Source of the DNA: Eledone cirrhosa
Taxonomy: Eukaryota
Direction of reading: 5' to 3'
DNA length: 64,000 bases
NCBI GenBank assembly: GCA_964016885.1
Contig: OZ024745.1
Location: 38,192,001 to 38,256,000, forward strand
Shown here: one piece after another, positions 14,690 through 29,571 of the stretch
Position numbering within the stretch: the stretch's first letter is position 1
How the letters are laid out: each line of letters starts with the position of its first letter
Position numbers and translations under genes: made by a program
The notes under the pieces: generated by a model
What the model was told of the DNA's origin: nothing
Database searches by the model: none
What the model saw: the letters and a program-made list of their open reading frames with translations, nothing else

Positions 14690-14772
14690 GTACCCGATGA
14701 GGGGTCAGTGTGGAATAACCCCCTCCAAGATGCAGAAGTGGCCATAACTAGATCCCGAAACCGATGGGTGCA
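14690..14772 (+). ncRNA. Degenerate hammerhead-like motif with long helix II
   Basis: GTAC CCGATGA GGGGTCAGTGTGG...CCATAACTAGATCCC GAAAC; cleavage-site region degenerate; next to (TA)n. Confidence 0.4.
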
Positions 14773-16684
14773 CATACATGTTAAGGGTATGAAATCCTTT
14801 ATTTATGCTTCGGCCAAAACAATTGCCCACTCTGCTAGGCAGTGGGCTCGAACACTGGAATTCATTGCTGCAATGCAAACTTCTTAGCAAGTCAGCCATG
14901 TCAGCGTTCACATAGAGAAACTATGACGTACTTATAAGGACTCCAGAGATGCTTTAACTAAGCCGTTACATCAATATTGATGAAACACGTAAAGTATTGA
15001 TGAAACAAGTATTGGTGAAACACGTAAAACAATTTTATCGTCGAAGGTACGACGTTAACATATTCTTTGTTTCAGCAGTCAACCTTCAGTTGTTGATTGA
15101 GGACTGCTTCATTAGCTTTTTTATTATCTCGCCCGGTGACACAGAGATGTTAGAGATAATATTCACTTCAACAAAGGTTAGATGTGATATGAAACGTTTA
15201 GCAAACAAGCCTATAACATTCGTTGAATTTCCCAATAATGACATCGGATTTTTTAGTTATTTTCTTGTTAATGTGCTATCTTCTAACAAAGAAGACTTTT
15301 GGGAATTAACGTTTTTAGACTCATTTTTATTCTTATATATTTATGTTGCAAATAACAGTTTATCGCGCTATCTTCTCCGCTTCAAGTAAAATCTTCCAAT
15401 GAACTACTAATTAAATTAAACTGACAACATAGAAAATTGAAATATACACTTACACGCCTATGCAGACTGACACACATATCTACGTAGGAAAGTGCACACA
15501 CATATACGCAAACGCAACTAAATATATGTAAACACGCAGCAGAACACATATGCTCCGGCAGACATATTGACATGTAATATGTATTCATCTATCTATCTAT
15601 TACACGCATATACAGGAGTGGGTGGGTGTAGGTGTGCATATGTAAGTGTGTTTACACACACAGATAATCGCTGGGAAAACAAGAACGCCAAGAACAAAAA
15701 TGTCAGTGATCATACCACAGGCGTTCATAAATTAATTGATATATACACAGGCGCATTCACACACAAACACATATACACATGCACACACGCAAAAATACAT
15801 ATGTATAAATGCATCTCAACTGGAGAGATGTGCGTATGTTTATTTATTCTTCACCGCACGTAATTCAATTATCAAAAACTTGTTATTAAGAAAAAGAAAA
15901 AAACTGTTAAATGACAGAAGGACACTTTAGAAATTTTTAGAGCTGCAGTGAAACGCTATCTCTGCCCATACGGTAGCTATCTACCGGGGAAAGGTTGTGT
16001 AAAATATGAAACTACCAACTTATAGGCCTTCCATTCGTACTTACGACTGGTGCTTTATTGAGAGAAGAATGCAGTTTTCATACATAATAAAATACTTTAT
16101 TTGATATACAGGTATCTCTATCTAGTGAAATTCGCCTATGGTTTGGTTAAAGCCATAAAACCAGAGGATAGATTCTGTTAAATTAGTGACGAAGAACATG
16201 TAACACTTAAATATTCTAGCAGCATAGATGTAAATAGGTACAAATAGTAGAACTGCTTTATTATTGTAAGTTTATTGCATAGGTAAATTCTTTCTGGTCG
16301 TAGATTGAATAAAGATGGATTACCATGCTCTAGATATACAGGATATAACAAGGAAGCGTAAAGAAGCACCAGCGAGTAGAAGTAAGACTTTTTGGCAAGA
16401 TTAAGTTTCGGACAGAACATATGTCTTTCTGTTGTTTCGAATTGAAGAGTAACGCTGAATTTTCTTAGAGATACATTTTCTCCAGGGAAGGCATTGTTCC
16501 TAATAAAAGATAAAAGAGAAATGGATGAAGTCAGGATGAAACCTTTCAGGGGAGGATATCATTTTATTGATTCTCATTTTAGTTAGTAACACAAGTCATA
16601 CATTTAAGTGAGTTGATATATTATGATAGTCATGTCTTTCCTAGTTGTTGTTTGATGCTATAAATGCGTGAAATAACATCTAAC

Positions 16685-17069
16685 AATTGTTTCTACTTTT
16701 GACACAAGGCCAGCAATTACCCAGTACATTACTGGTACTTTATATTATCGACCCCGTAAGGATGAAAGGCAACGTTAACCTCGGCGGGATTTGAACTCAG
16801 AATGGCGGGACCGTAAATCTATGCGTCAAAGCATAGCGTCCATTCTACCAATACTGCCAATTCACCGCCCTTAACATCTAATAATTGTTTCTACTTTAGG
16901 CACAAGGCCAGTAATTACCCAGTGCATTACTGGTACTTTATTTTATCGACCCCGTAAGGATGAAAGGCAAAGTTAACCTCGGTGGGATTTGAACTCAGAT
17001 CATAAAGGGACGTAACTATGCTGGAAAGCATGGCGTCCGACCCTCTACCGATACTGTCAATCCACCGGC
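16685..17069 (-). mobile_element. tRNA-derived SINE head-to-tail dimer (16685-16869, 16880-17069)
   Basis: Two full copies of the dominant SINE family. Confidence 0.9.
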
Positions 17070-18072
17070 CTCTAATAATGAAAGCTACTAGAAATTAATT
17101 CAAATTATGCAAGAAAATGTAACTATAATTTACTAAACTACTCTGAAATGCCATATCATATCATGATTAAATATGTGTTTGCACCTGGGTGATCATCATG
17201 ACGACGCATCCCAGTGCAGAGTGCTTTGTGGATGGCCAGCAATTTTCTAAGCTTTCACGTCTCCCAGTCAAAGACTCTACTGTTGCCTACGGAATGGGCG
17301 AAAGCCAAATATATCTTGGAGCCTGAAACGTCATAACTCCTTTCATCTGGTGAGTGGATAGAAAAAAAAAACATGAAATAAGTGCCTAATACAAGGATAC
17401 AACGATTCTATCGATTGGGGAAACGAAATGACAATCTTAATCTAGCAACCTAACATTTCACTGTAACAATGAGAAATGGGGAAATAATCTTTATAAAAAG
17501 GAAAAGACTGTACAGTGCCAATATCATTGCAACTATATTTTCCATCTTGGTAAACTGAATTATCCTAAAATTGTGTCCTGCTCAAGTACAAAAGCCTCCG
17601 GCCCTTCCAGGAATCAAACTCAGGACCTTATGATCACATGTTTGTCCAACAGCTTTACCACTAAGTCATACGCCCACATAAAAGTAAACTATTAATTCGA
17701 CGCAGACATTAATAGGAAGAAATCCATAAGGTAGTGCACGTAAAGTGATGTCTGGATACTTAGATATTAAATGACATTTAAATAAAATAAATATAGTATA
17801 TGGTAAGCACGTATATACCGCTAAATTTATCGAAGCTCATTTGCGGAGATACGTATTTGATTATACCTATGTTTAAATGCACCTACACATGTACTATCAC
17901 ACACATACATACATCTGTTTAAAAGTTCTTATACACATAGACTGCTTTACACGAACAAATAGACACATATATACACATACATGCACGCATTCACAGATAT
18001 AAATAGACACACACACATACACACACACACATATACACACATATATAGATATATATAGATATTTATATATGA

Positions 18073-18119
<47 letters not shown>

Positions 18120-19311
18120 GGGGGGAGTCTGCGTGTAACGATCATTTTGATATTTAATACTGTCCACAGTCCAAAGCTGTAATTTAGTTTGATACTTGAT
18201 AAACTCATAAAATATTTTTATCCACACTAAAAACTAAAAGCAACAACAACGACAACAACATCTGTCCATTCGAATGAATTTCAGAATATTAAAATACTAA
18301 TAAAAAAATATCAAAATTGGAAAATATGTCAAATATTATTTGTAAGTGGACTTAATGGTGGAATCTTAAGCAGGATGTCATATTTGTGGCATTTTGTATA
18401 TCAAACACCACATTTAACCCTCACGTTTCCTAGTTATTTAAAAGAGTACATATACATTAAGAAAGTGGCAAATAATCAGATTCGTTACAATGTCGGACAG
18501 AATGTTTCATGGTGTGCAACACAGCTCTATGATATCCACGTTCAAATATCACCGATGTTATCTTTGAGTTTTATCTTTCAGTAAAGCTCAGTAAATTAAG
18601 AGGAGATGATTCTTACTCTACATCTCATTTTTAATTTCTCATTCTCTTTCTCTTTCTCTTTCTCTCACTTTTTGGAACAAATCGTATATTTTCGCACCTT
18701 GAGTGGGATGAATTCTGCCTGGTATAAACACCTCTGGAACTCTGTATATCATTGCGGCGCGTCTACGTCACAATGAGGAATTGGTAGTGTCGTGGTTATA
18801 GCAAAGACATGTTGATTTAAATATTTTAAGGGAACACGTAAGACAGCCCCTTTAACAACGTTCGACCTACTAGAAATTACAGCCACCTTGCTTTCGAATC
18901 TTACCCTGTTATCTTAAGAATGGAAGGATGTATTGCGTGCCTAAAGTGTCCAGGATTACATATAAACATAGCCGGCATTATCGTGGCTACAATCCATTTG
19001 ATCATTGGACTCTTTGACCAGGGTTGACCTGGGATTATACCACAAGGTTACTCTACCCTCATAGGCTTATCTTTAGGTCTTATAAATGAGACTTAAACTG
19101 TGGCTCAACAACATCAGCAACAACAACAACTTCGCTTCATGCTAATCAACAGAAGCGTTTCAGTATATGTAAGTTTAGAACCGAGTAACTAGCGATTGGA
19201 AAACTAATCTCTTATTGACGGAACATGAATGTGACAGGAAATGCATTGTGTGTACATGAATAAATATATTTGTGTATGAATTTTAAAGAGTTACTGAAAT
19301 ACACACACACA

Positions 19312-19360
<49 letters not shown>

Positions 19361-19364
<4 letters not shown>

Positions 19365-19502
19365 TACTTTTGTCACAAGGCCAGCAATTATTCCAGTGTA
19401 TTACTGGTACTTTATTTTATCGACCCCGTAACGATGAAAGGCAGAGTTAACCTCGGCGGGATTTGAACACAGAGCGTATTATATATATAATACGCTCTGT
19501 GT
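19361..19502 (-). mobile_element. 5'-truncated SINE ending in a perfect snap-back palindrome
   Basis: SINE tail and core at 19361-19478, then ACACAGAGCGTATTAT ATAT ATAATACGCTCTGTGT. Confidence 0.8.
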
Positions 19503-19514
19503 GATTGTATATAT

Positions 19515-19561
<47 letters not shown>

Positions 19562-20169
19562 AACACACAAGGCGTATTTTTTATAAACATCAATACATAC
19601 GTATAGCTATTAATCTATTGGCCTATAGATCTAGACCGAGACGCAAAGGTGACATCGTGAGGATTTAACTCGGTGGAGCTCATCGCATTCCAGGTCTGAA
19701 CAAAGGCGATTTCTTCCACAGGGATAGAGAAGGAGAGAGCGATGGAAAGTGAGAATGAATGAGTAAGAGGGAGAAAGAGAGAAAAGGAAAAAGTGATAAG
19801 GTTATGCAAAGTTTACATTGGCGGAATTTGAATACAGAGCGCAGAGTCACAGAACAAATAACGCAATGAATCCTAACTAATCAACCAACTCACCGTCTCA
19901 TTTAGGTATATGTATGTGATTGTGTATGTGTATATATATGTGCGTATATATATGTGTGTATATTTGAGAGTAGTGTGTGTCTGTGGTTGTTTAAGGTGTT
20001 TGTCTCTTGGAAGATGGTACATTTCATCGATTTTATGATAAGTATAATAGACGAGATAGCAAAATGGTAAAAGTACTAAAATCTCTATTTTTGTCATTTT
20101 TGAACATAAAAATGTTTGGACATGTCAACTTCTTTTCTCCGCATCGTAGTAAACCACATAAATACACAA

Positions 20170-20261
<92 letters not shown>

Positions 20262-21308
20262 TCATAAAAAATCAAATCTTCATACAAAATAACAGAAAGA
20301 AAAATAAAAAAAATGCTGACTTTGCTATCTTTTTCATCTTAATAGTTAACACTTGTTTTATTGAATATTTTGACGCCATCTCTTTCTATTGGCATATTAT
20401 TTCAGTGTCGAACATAAGCTACAATTTTAGTACCTGCGAAATATCATTATCATAATTTTTTTTCGCTATCTAGTAGATAAGAGTTTCGCTGTATATGAAC
20501 TCAAGTACTGTCTACTAGCTTTTGGCAAGCTATAAAATCATGAATAAATTCTGTTTAAAAAAAAAAATTTATTTGACGTATAAAATCATCTTCAATTTTT
20601 CAAAACTTATTATTTCTTCATTTTTGTTTTTTGTTGATATATTTTTTCCAGCAATATTATTTTCAGGTTGATTTTAATACAGACAGTTTTTTTTTCTTTT
20701 ACTTCTAAGTTAATTTGTCGCAATCTCCTGAAGTCAACGAAGTAGGAAATCAAATTCTAGGATTGTGTAACAGAGTCAAGTCTAAATAGCTGATCGATAT
20801 AATAATACTACTTCTATGATTTCAATCTTTAATGTTTCGTTAATTATTTCCAGCAGAGATAAATGTACGAATTAAATTTTCAAATAATTTGAATTGTAAA
20901 CCAGTTTCAATAATATATTTATACAACTTCGTTGATTTGCAGGATCATTCACAGGAAGAAGAAATAAAAGGAAAGATGTGGACTTATGTCCCATCTTCGC
21001 AGTAGCCGTGTGAGCGACAAAAGCTATTATTTTAGGATTTTCTCCACCCTAAATCAGTAGCGTTTGGCGTTCCAAAAAAGCTATTGAATTAGCTGTGGCA
21101 TGATTGCAGCTTAAAATACCCACAGTTAGAGCTATGAATATTTATTTTGAATAGAAATATTGCCAGCAATAAAGACCGTGGAGTGTCGGTCAACAGAGAA
21201 CTCTCAGAATATCAAAGCAAACTTCAACCCCAACGCATGCATAAAATAAACGCTTAAACTTGATATAAGCCATCTTTTATATTTTCGCCAAACCAACCAC
21301 CAGCGCCT

Positions 21309-21400
21309 AAATTATATATCCATATACGCACTTCATATGAATTATATATTCATATACGCACTTCATATGAATTATATATCCATATACGCACTTCATATGA
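21309..21400. repeat. 30-bp minisatellite, 3 copies
   Basis: AATTATATATYCATATACGCACTTCATATG x3. Confidence 0.9.
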
Positions 21401-21467
21401 AACCACCAAGCTCTGTTAGTGCATGCTCACACACACACACGCATACACGCACACGCGCACGCACGCA

Positions 21468-21581
<114 letters not shown>

Positions 21582-21799
21582 AATGTAAAGTGGTCGTGTA
21601 GGAGTCACGATAAAAATCACCCAGTCCATGATGTAAACTGATCGTGTAGGCGACACGCCAAAAAACAGCCACCACATATTGTAAATGTGGTTGGAAGGGC
21701 ATCCAGATGTAGAAACCAAGCGAAAATCCGTGTGAGCGATCTGATCCCTCACAAAGAGACAGCCCGTCCTATCCATGCTAAGGACCCGAACTGAAAATT

Positions 21800-22918
21800 A
21801 AACACACTGTCTCCAGTGTTGAAGGACCATCTTATAAAATCTCTTGGCTTCAGTCCAAGATTTTAAAGCCAATGTTGACCAGCTCACCGGACCACGTCTA
21901 CAGCTCGGATGATGTCATTCAGCGACTCAACCAACTAGAACTTGACGCACTCAGCGTAGATGTAGTACCGCTCTACACATTCACAGCTCATATCGCTCAT
22001 TGTAAACAACGCCTTTTTCAACTTCCCGGGACACACCTTACCGACAGAACTCTGGACTACCCATGGATCCAGCCTCTCGGGTTTACTGGCCATTTCGTAT
22101 ATGAATAGACTAGAACGCCGAGTTCTCAGCTCCAGCGACCCCTGCGCTTTCTTCACTAGATATGTGGATGATATACTCATCCTCACATCCACCTAGGAGA
22201 ATGCCAACAAGATTTTCCAATCGTTCGACAACGCTGACAATAACAACTTTAGCATCGAATATCCTCTTGATTAAGCAATTAAATCCTAGGATCAATAATT
22301 GAATATAAAGAAATGCCCCAGAATGGCCTGTATTCCAAAGTCCTAGTGAACCATTTCATTCTATATTTCAAATTAAATCTAGGTCTTTCAGAGATCTATT
22401 ATAGGAAACACTATGCACATTTCCGTAGCCAAGTTCCGTAAGATCATGTTGATATTATCAGGTGTTTATTGCATAATAGTTGTATAATAGAGGAATAATG
22501 GTGAATACAATCCAAGAGGCTAAAAAACAGAGAAAAATGTATCTGTCTAGAAGGTGATCAGGGCCAGGTGTCAGTGGTTGACCAAATGCAATGACGAGTG
22601 CTGAACCATTGTTCCTGTTTGTCTATATGCACTTAGTGTGAATTTACTTCTGCCTTTGTAATTTTCTCTAAATATAGTTTTTAAAGAATAACCTTTCTTT
22701 AATTCCACCAACCAATGATCTCCACCCACCGCAATCACCATCTTCTCCTACCAACAGAAAATGAACAAATACCACCATATTACATTGGCAGTCGGCTCTC
22801 CTGACGATTTCTTCCGAATGAAGCAGTTCTAGTCCTATATTAGATATGTGTATTCTGCTATGTATTGAGTACCTTATTTACTTACTGTGGTTACCCCCGA
22901 TTAAACCCGGGATAAAGA
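21800..22918 (+). mobile_element. Degenerate Penelope-like element (RT relic plus 3' end with decayed hammerhead)
   Basis: SVDVVPLYT, GLPM/SSLSGLLAISYMNRLE, FFTRYVDDILIL; CTGACGA..GAAGCAGTTCTAGTCCT at 22801; 22860-22918 matches 59528-59580. Confidence 0.75.
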
Positions 22919-22989
22919 TATCTCTCTCTCTCTCGAGTTGATTAGAATATTAGAATGTTGATGTTATTCAATCCGGAGCTTTGTAGTTA

Positions 22990-23412
22990 TGCAAGACGTG
23001 TTTCAATACGTGAGGAAAGCTCCTTTCTTGAATTTAGGCAATCACCTAATTGCGTATTCTCCTTAGAATATTGATCCTTTCTTCAATACACAGTCCACAA
23101 GACTTCCGTCTGGCTTGGACGTAGTGATAGCTTTCCATTGAATAGAGTAGTCTACACCTGAGTCTTGAGCGACCATACCTGACTCGCGAGCTTCGTGGAC
23201 GAACGTTTGTCCGGGTACCTAAAGGTCGACTGATGGTTCAGGAAGCCTTCCTGAAACCGGCCCTCCGCCATACCTACATCAGATTTGACAACCTGTTGTT
23301 GATTTGGTCGGTTGGAAGTGACCACAGCTTTATAAACTACAGTGGGTGTGTGCATTAATATTGAAGAGGACAATCTTCAGGCTTTCAACAAGAGCATCCT
23401 GCTGGGGTGCCG
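22990..23412 (-). pseudogene. Penelope-like (Naiad-type) GIY-YIG endonuclease relic
   Basis: GCSC*KPEDCPL..C, VVYKAVV..VGMAEGRFQEGFLNHQSTFR..STKLASQVWSLK; colinear with the C-terminus of the 51589-53973 ORF. Confidence 0.8.
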
Positions 23413-23517
<105 letters not shown>

Positions 23518-23644
23518 CACACACACACATTTATATACATATTGTATAAGTATCTATATATATATATATATATAGATAACTACGTATTTTACACATTTCA
23601 CAATGCTTCAAGCAAACTTTAACACCCTCATATATATATATTTA

Positions 23645-23706
23645 TATATGTGTGTGTGTGTGTGTGTGCATGATCATAAATAATATAATATAATATAATA
23701 TAATAT

Positions 23707-23768
<62 letters not shown>

Positions 23769-23801
23769 ATATTATATTATATTATATTATTTATGATCAT
23801 G

Positions 23802-23826
<25 letters not shown>
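23645..23826. repeat. Palindrome centred on (TA)n
   Basis: (TG)nCATGATCATAAATAA(TATAA)nTATACTATAAT / ATTATAGTATA(TTATA)nTTATTTATGATCATG(CA)n. Confidence 0.9.
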
Positions 23827-23835
<9 letters not shown>

Positions 23836-26443
23836 CTTAGGTTAGTAGGAGTTAGGTATTATATAGTCGTGTCCCGTTAAGGTATTGGCAGCATAATAAT
23901 TAGCTCTATGCTTTGGAGCAGAGCCGTATATATGAAAAAGAACACAAGAGCGTCTACAACATCAACAGATTTTTATTGGCTAACAATGTTTCTTCCTTAC
24001 CTGTAACCGTAGGATTCATGAGAGCTATAAAAGGGGTTTGATTGGTGTTATGGACTCTACCAACCAAACACCCAAGAACAAAGAGTAAAGAGAGTAAAGA
24101 GCAAAAGTAGGGGACGATAAGTCCAATTTTGGTGCGGGAGGGTGGGGTGTTGGTCCTTGTTTACTAGCTGCGGTCATATTCATTCCCGGGGGTCGGGTGG
24201 TTAGCTGAACCATAGATGGGGTGGTATGGATAGTATGGTGCAGAGGGTGCGCAGAGGCTACACAAACACAAAGGGCGTAGAATACATATACACATATAGC
24301 GGAGGAGAAGGTACATGAGGTAATTAGAAATGGAAAAAGAGTAATAATAATAATCTATAATTAATAGTGTATAATAAGGCATGGGGAAGATTACACTATA
24401 ATAAGGTATAAAGGTAAGAATAAGGTAAAATATACAGGAGGATAAAAGTGGAAATAATAATAAAGATAAAAAATATATAGAGAATATATAAGGAAATATA
24501 AGCGAATGTTTGGAGGGGAAAACACAATGTATAAAAAACCGATTTTTTTCAAACAATAATAAAAAATAATAAAAATATAATAATTATGGGGGGAGAAAAC
24601 AGGATAGAGAAATATGATCAAGTGTGATTCGTTGAGAGACTATAGGATGATAACAGTTGTGTCCAGTTTATACATCCTAATAATACATAATAAACAATAT
24701 GTGTATCAGAGTTGCAGAACCTTCAATTCACTTACGGGTTCAAGCCACGTGGCATGGTCCATTGTTTATCTGTGCGGTCGTGTGCGTTTGTTTTTGACAC
24801 CACAGCAGATGCACAAGTTTGTAAATTCCAATGCAGATAGAAGTCAATTTTTGCTCACCCGGACATTGACCGAGGATCCAATATTCCTAGTTCAATATGT
24901 GTTTGGTGTTATTTTGTTCGCACAAATCAATCAATTGGTTCAATATATGGAGTATGGTTTCCTGGTCTTCGTGACAGTGTCAGTGGTTGTATATTTGGAA
25001 GTCACAAGGATCACAGTACTCCGGTTTGGTATGATACCCAAACGTTGAACTTTGGTGTCGATAGGACATCAACGAAGCAGGGTGATATCGCATCTGTGGT
25101 ACAAAACGGTACGGAAGGAAATTCTTCGTCTTCGTTTCATCCGGGTCCAGTAGTCACGTGCAAGAACCGCTACGTAGTAATTGTGGGGTTAATCAGTCAA
25201 GTCAGCAACTGACCGAAACTTCAGGCAGGCACAACAGCTTTTTTATGTGTGTACGTGTGTCCGACACACACAGACACATATCTATATGTATTTCAACCCA
25301 AAAAACTCAAATGATTCACCCAGTGGTACTACAATCGGTCAAGACAGTAACTGGCCGACAGTTCCCTTAGGGGTTCAGACAGGCATGACAGGTATATTTA
25401 GGTCAAGAGCCTCCTTATGTGTTCGTGTGTTCGATACACACAGACACATATCCACATGTATTTCAACCCCAAAAATGTTCAGTTGATTCCCCTATTGATA
25501 TCATATCTGTGCTGTTTGGATATGCATGCTGTGGTGTTCTGGTCGTGCATATCATTCACTGTATTTTGCCACTACATTGGAATGTGATGTTATGGTCATC
25601 AATAGTCCGGCAAGCGCATTTCGCTCTTATATTGCGTAGAATGGTGTTCTGGTCCTCAGTAAACATCCAGGTCAGCAGGAGGGGTGGTGGTTCTCAGTTT
25701 CAACTTCGACAATACATATATGTTACTCTGCATATCGTGCTCCTCTCAGAGAAGAGTATTATAGGGGGAATTCATGCCACACAGCACACATAGAGAGAAT
25801 TTCTACAGAGGAGCATACATACATATATACATACATACACACATTATACACTTACACATACCCACTCATACGCATACATACATATATTCCCATACATGTC
25901 ACACATACACATACACACAATATAATACGCATGCATACAATATACATAAACACACACACACATGCATATACATATATATACACATACACATATATACATA
26001 CATATACACACAATATACTTACATACAATGCACGCACATTTCTAATTACCTCATGTACCTTCTCCTCCGCTATATGTGTATATGTATTCTACGCCCTTTG
26101 TGTTTGTGTAGCCTCTGCGCACCCTCTGCACCATACTATCCACGCCAACCCATCTATGGTTCAGCTAACCACCCGACCCCCGGGAATGAATATGACCGCA
26201 GCTACTAAACAAGGACCAACACCCCACCCTCCCGCACCAAAATTAGACTTATCGTCCCCTACTTTTGCTCTTTACTCTCTTTACTCTTTGTTCTTGGGTG
26301 TTTGGTTGGTAGAGTCCATAACACCAATCAAACCCCTTTTATAGCTCTGATGAATCCTACGGTTACAGGTAAGGAAGAAACATTGTTAGCCAATAAAAAT
26401 CTTTTGATGTTGTAGACGCTCTTGTGTTCTTTTTCATATATAT
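23836..26443 (-). mobile_element. Element with about 405-bp inverted repeats (23927-24332 / 26037-26443), each carrying a hammerhead motif; probable PLE derivative
   Basis: Near-identical inverted arms (mirror ORFs in the track), flanked by (TA)n on both sides. Confidence 0.75.
26342..26391 (+). ncRNA. Minimal type I hammerhead ribozyme
   Basis: GCT CTGATGA A TCCTAC GGTTACAG GTAAGGA A GAAAC ATT GTT AGC; mirror copy at 23977-24027 has core mutated to CTCATGA. Confidence 0.7.
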
Positions 26444-28424
26444 ATATATAGATACTTATACAATATTTATATACATATTAGTGTGTATGTGTGTGTGTGT
26501 ATGTGTGTTTGTCTTAATTCATATAGGAATTACTTCCACAAGAATAATTAGAAACGCTTGTTGAATTACCATTCAAAGGAGCAGATCTATGCTGGACTAG
26601 GCGAACTTGAGCAAATCACATGTGAACATCATTTGTCAATAATCTATAAGAACCTGCAAACGAAACTCTCTCGTCTTCAATTTAACCTGGGCGGAGTCTT
26701 GGAGTTCAACATCCTCGTGGCTTATATTGTAAACATCGGAGTTGGACAAGTTGATCTCAACCGAGCCTTCTAAAGTTGCGTCCAAATACCAGAGAGATTG
26801 GTCTGATTGGGCGATTTCGTCAACCGTCAGCGCAAGTTTATCCTCTCGCTGGACACCCGTGGCGGGAGTGATATATTCTCTGCTCCTTAACACTTTTCAT
26901 AGATCTGGCGCTAAGTATTGTGTGTTACGTCTGCTTGTACAAATAATGTGCAAATAGGAGATAAATATTTGTCATTATTTAGTGGTTTTGAAGGAAATAT
27001 TTTAAAGTGGTGGTGGGAAGTGTGTCGAGATGGTCAATTCAAATCAATTGAACTGATTGATAATAGTCTCATTGCTCTATGAAATCGATTAGGGAAAAAC
27101 TTTAAATAACCTGCTATGGACCAGATGTTAAAAAGTGAATCTGTTTCTTCTACGTTTAAGTATGTGTAGCTACGGAGGTATGCATATGTATATTTCTATA
27201 TATTTACCTGTTGAATTGATGCATTTTGGGGATAAATGATAGAAATGCCATCCACTCCGAGCTTAGCTTCTGCTTCTAAACCACTGAAGCGAAGACAAAC
27301 ATATTACTGTCTATGTATGTGTGTTTGCATATTGATACAGCTTCAGGAATATTTTTCTTCCTTTATACAATGTCATTTACATATTTAATTGAAACGCAGA
27401 ATAAGTATTTCAGTAATTTGTTCTTTTGGAGACCTAGTAACAAAGCACAGTTTTTATTCTAGATATTATAAAAAATTTGTGAGGAAATGTATCTACACAA
27501 TTCTGTAATTCAATATCTTCAGAAAAAAGATAAAACCTCTTTCTACCACACAGCACTATGCAACTTTATAAATAACAGACGTTTTAATTAATGGTTGACT
27601 TATTCGGTTTAAATGCTACCTGTTATGTAAAAATGTATTCAGCATGATAATACTGAATGGAACTCTAAAAACGCATCTGTGTTATCAATGATCATAAATA
27701 CAATTTCGATGTTATCTGAGAACATTCTGCAAATCAATGACAGAATTTTAAGGACAAATATGTGTTGTAATAGACCTTTGTTTAGAAAAATACTTCTGTT
27801 AGAATTTTCCTCAAACTACTCCCTTCATCCCAAGAGACTTTCGTGTTGCCCTTATTGAGAATTGTATTAAATCATTCCAATCTTGGCTAATGCAAATCTT
27901 ATAATCTCATCAGCAGGTATGAGGATCACAGGGCAAGAAAAGTTTCAAAGATAGTATATTACGTTTGAAACAGTGCACTGATAAATGATTGTTGATTGTA
28001 AGCAACAAATCACTATCTGAAGTATTATCAGGTTAAGGAGACATCATTAGATACATATATGTAGATTATATAGATGTTCTACGTGAATATAAAATGAAGG
28101 TATATTATAACATATTACACACTCACACACGAAATATGATTCAAGGGAAAATATTGATTGATTTTAAAAGCAGCATTCAGCAGCAGTTTAGATATATCAT
28201 TACTTAAAATATACATTACTTAAAATAGTTATCAATTTGCTGCTATTACAGCATTTGCAATAACCATTACAAAATTACAGTGTCAATGCAGTACTATATC
28301 ATCTTGGTAAAAAAAGAAGACAAAGGTAACATCAGTGAGCTTGAAATAACGGCGTAATAGACCACTATGAAAACTGCGAAGCATATTCGATATTCTAATT
28401 ACTATGCAGATTGTTCACCATACA

Positions 28425-28475
<51 letters not shown>

Positions 28476-28676
28476 GTGGGTTTGTTGATATTAACGTTAG
28501 TTTATTGTAATTTTCAATATATTAGAATGAAATAAAGACATCGTCAGTGCTAACACTGATGCAAAACTATATAAATAATTCAATAAAAATAATTGCACTG
28601 AGACAAAGTCAGCCGCACCAATAACAACAGTGAAATTAGTGTCAACGTTATTAATGCAATCAACTTTAAACCATAG

Positions 28677-28726
<50 letters not shown>

Positions 28727-29313
28727 ATGTGTTATATATGTTAATTTTCTTCAACTCGTGAATTTCTCTAATTAGATTTGTTGATACGCACTACACAGAG
28801 AATTGTAACACTTGCATGTATGTATATATGTATGCATGTATGTATCTATTTATGTATGTACGGTTGTACACACACACACACACATAAACATATATATATA
28901 TATACAGAGAGAGAGGGGGGAAGTGAGGGGGTTATACGAAAATATAAGAAGATATATAATATGCTCATATACAATAGAATTTGGGTAGCCTCGCTGTCTA
29001 AAAGAAATACATGTTTTCCTAACGAAACGAAACGAAAAATCATTGTTCTCTCTTCAATTTCCCCAGTCAATATATTCACAGAATTTCCAGTATTTTCTCA
29101 TAATTCTGTTCAGCTGTTTCCAGATCTAGTAATATCTCATAAGTGACACTCACTCAGAACGTACTGGCATGAAATAAACTATATACATTTAATGTATATA
29201 GGTGTATTTATTATATCTTTCCATTTACACTTCAATTAGACTTAAACGGTGACTTAGTGCTACCGCCGATTAAATTTATATAAATATACATATATACATA
29301 CATATATACATAC

Positions 29314-29343
<30 letters not shown>

Positions 29344-29348
<5 letters not shown>

Positions 29349-29530
29349 GTTTCTACTTTAGGCACAAGGCCAGCAATTATCCAGTACATTACTGGTACTT
29401 TATGTTATCGACCCCGTAAGGATGAAAGGCAAAGTTAACCTCGGCGGGATTTGAGCTCAGACTGTAAAGGGACGTAACTATGCCAGAAAGCATGGCGTCC
29501 GACTCTCTACCGATACTGCCAATTCCCCGA
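29344..29530 (-). mobile_element. tRNA-derived SINE
   Basis: Full copy of the dominant family between (TA)n tracts. Confidence 0.9.
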
Positions 29531-29538
29531 CCACATAT

Positions 29539-29571
<33 letters not shown>

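Noticed and set aside
21309-21400. CRISPR-like array
   Set aside because: Contiguous 30-bp tandem units without spacers in eukaryotic DNA
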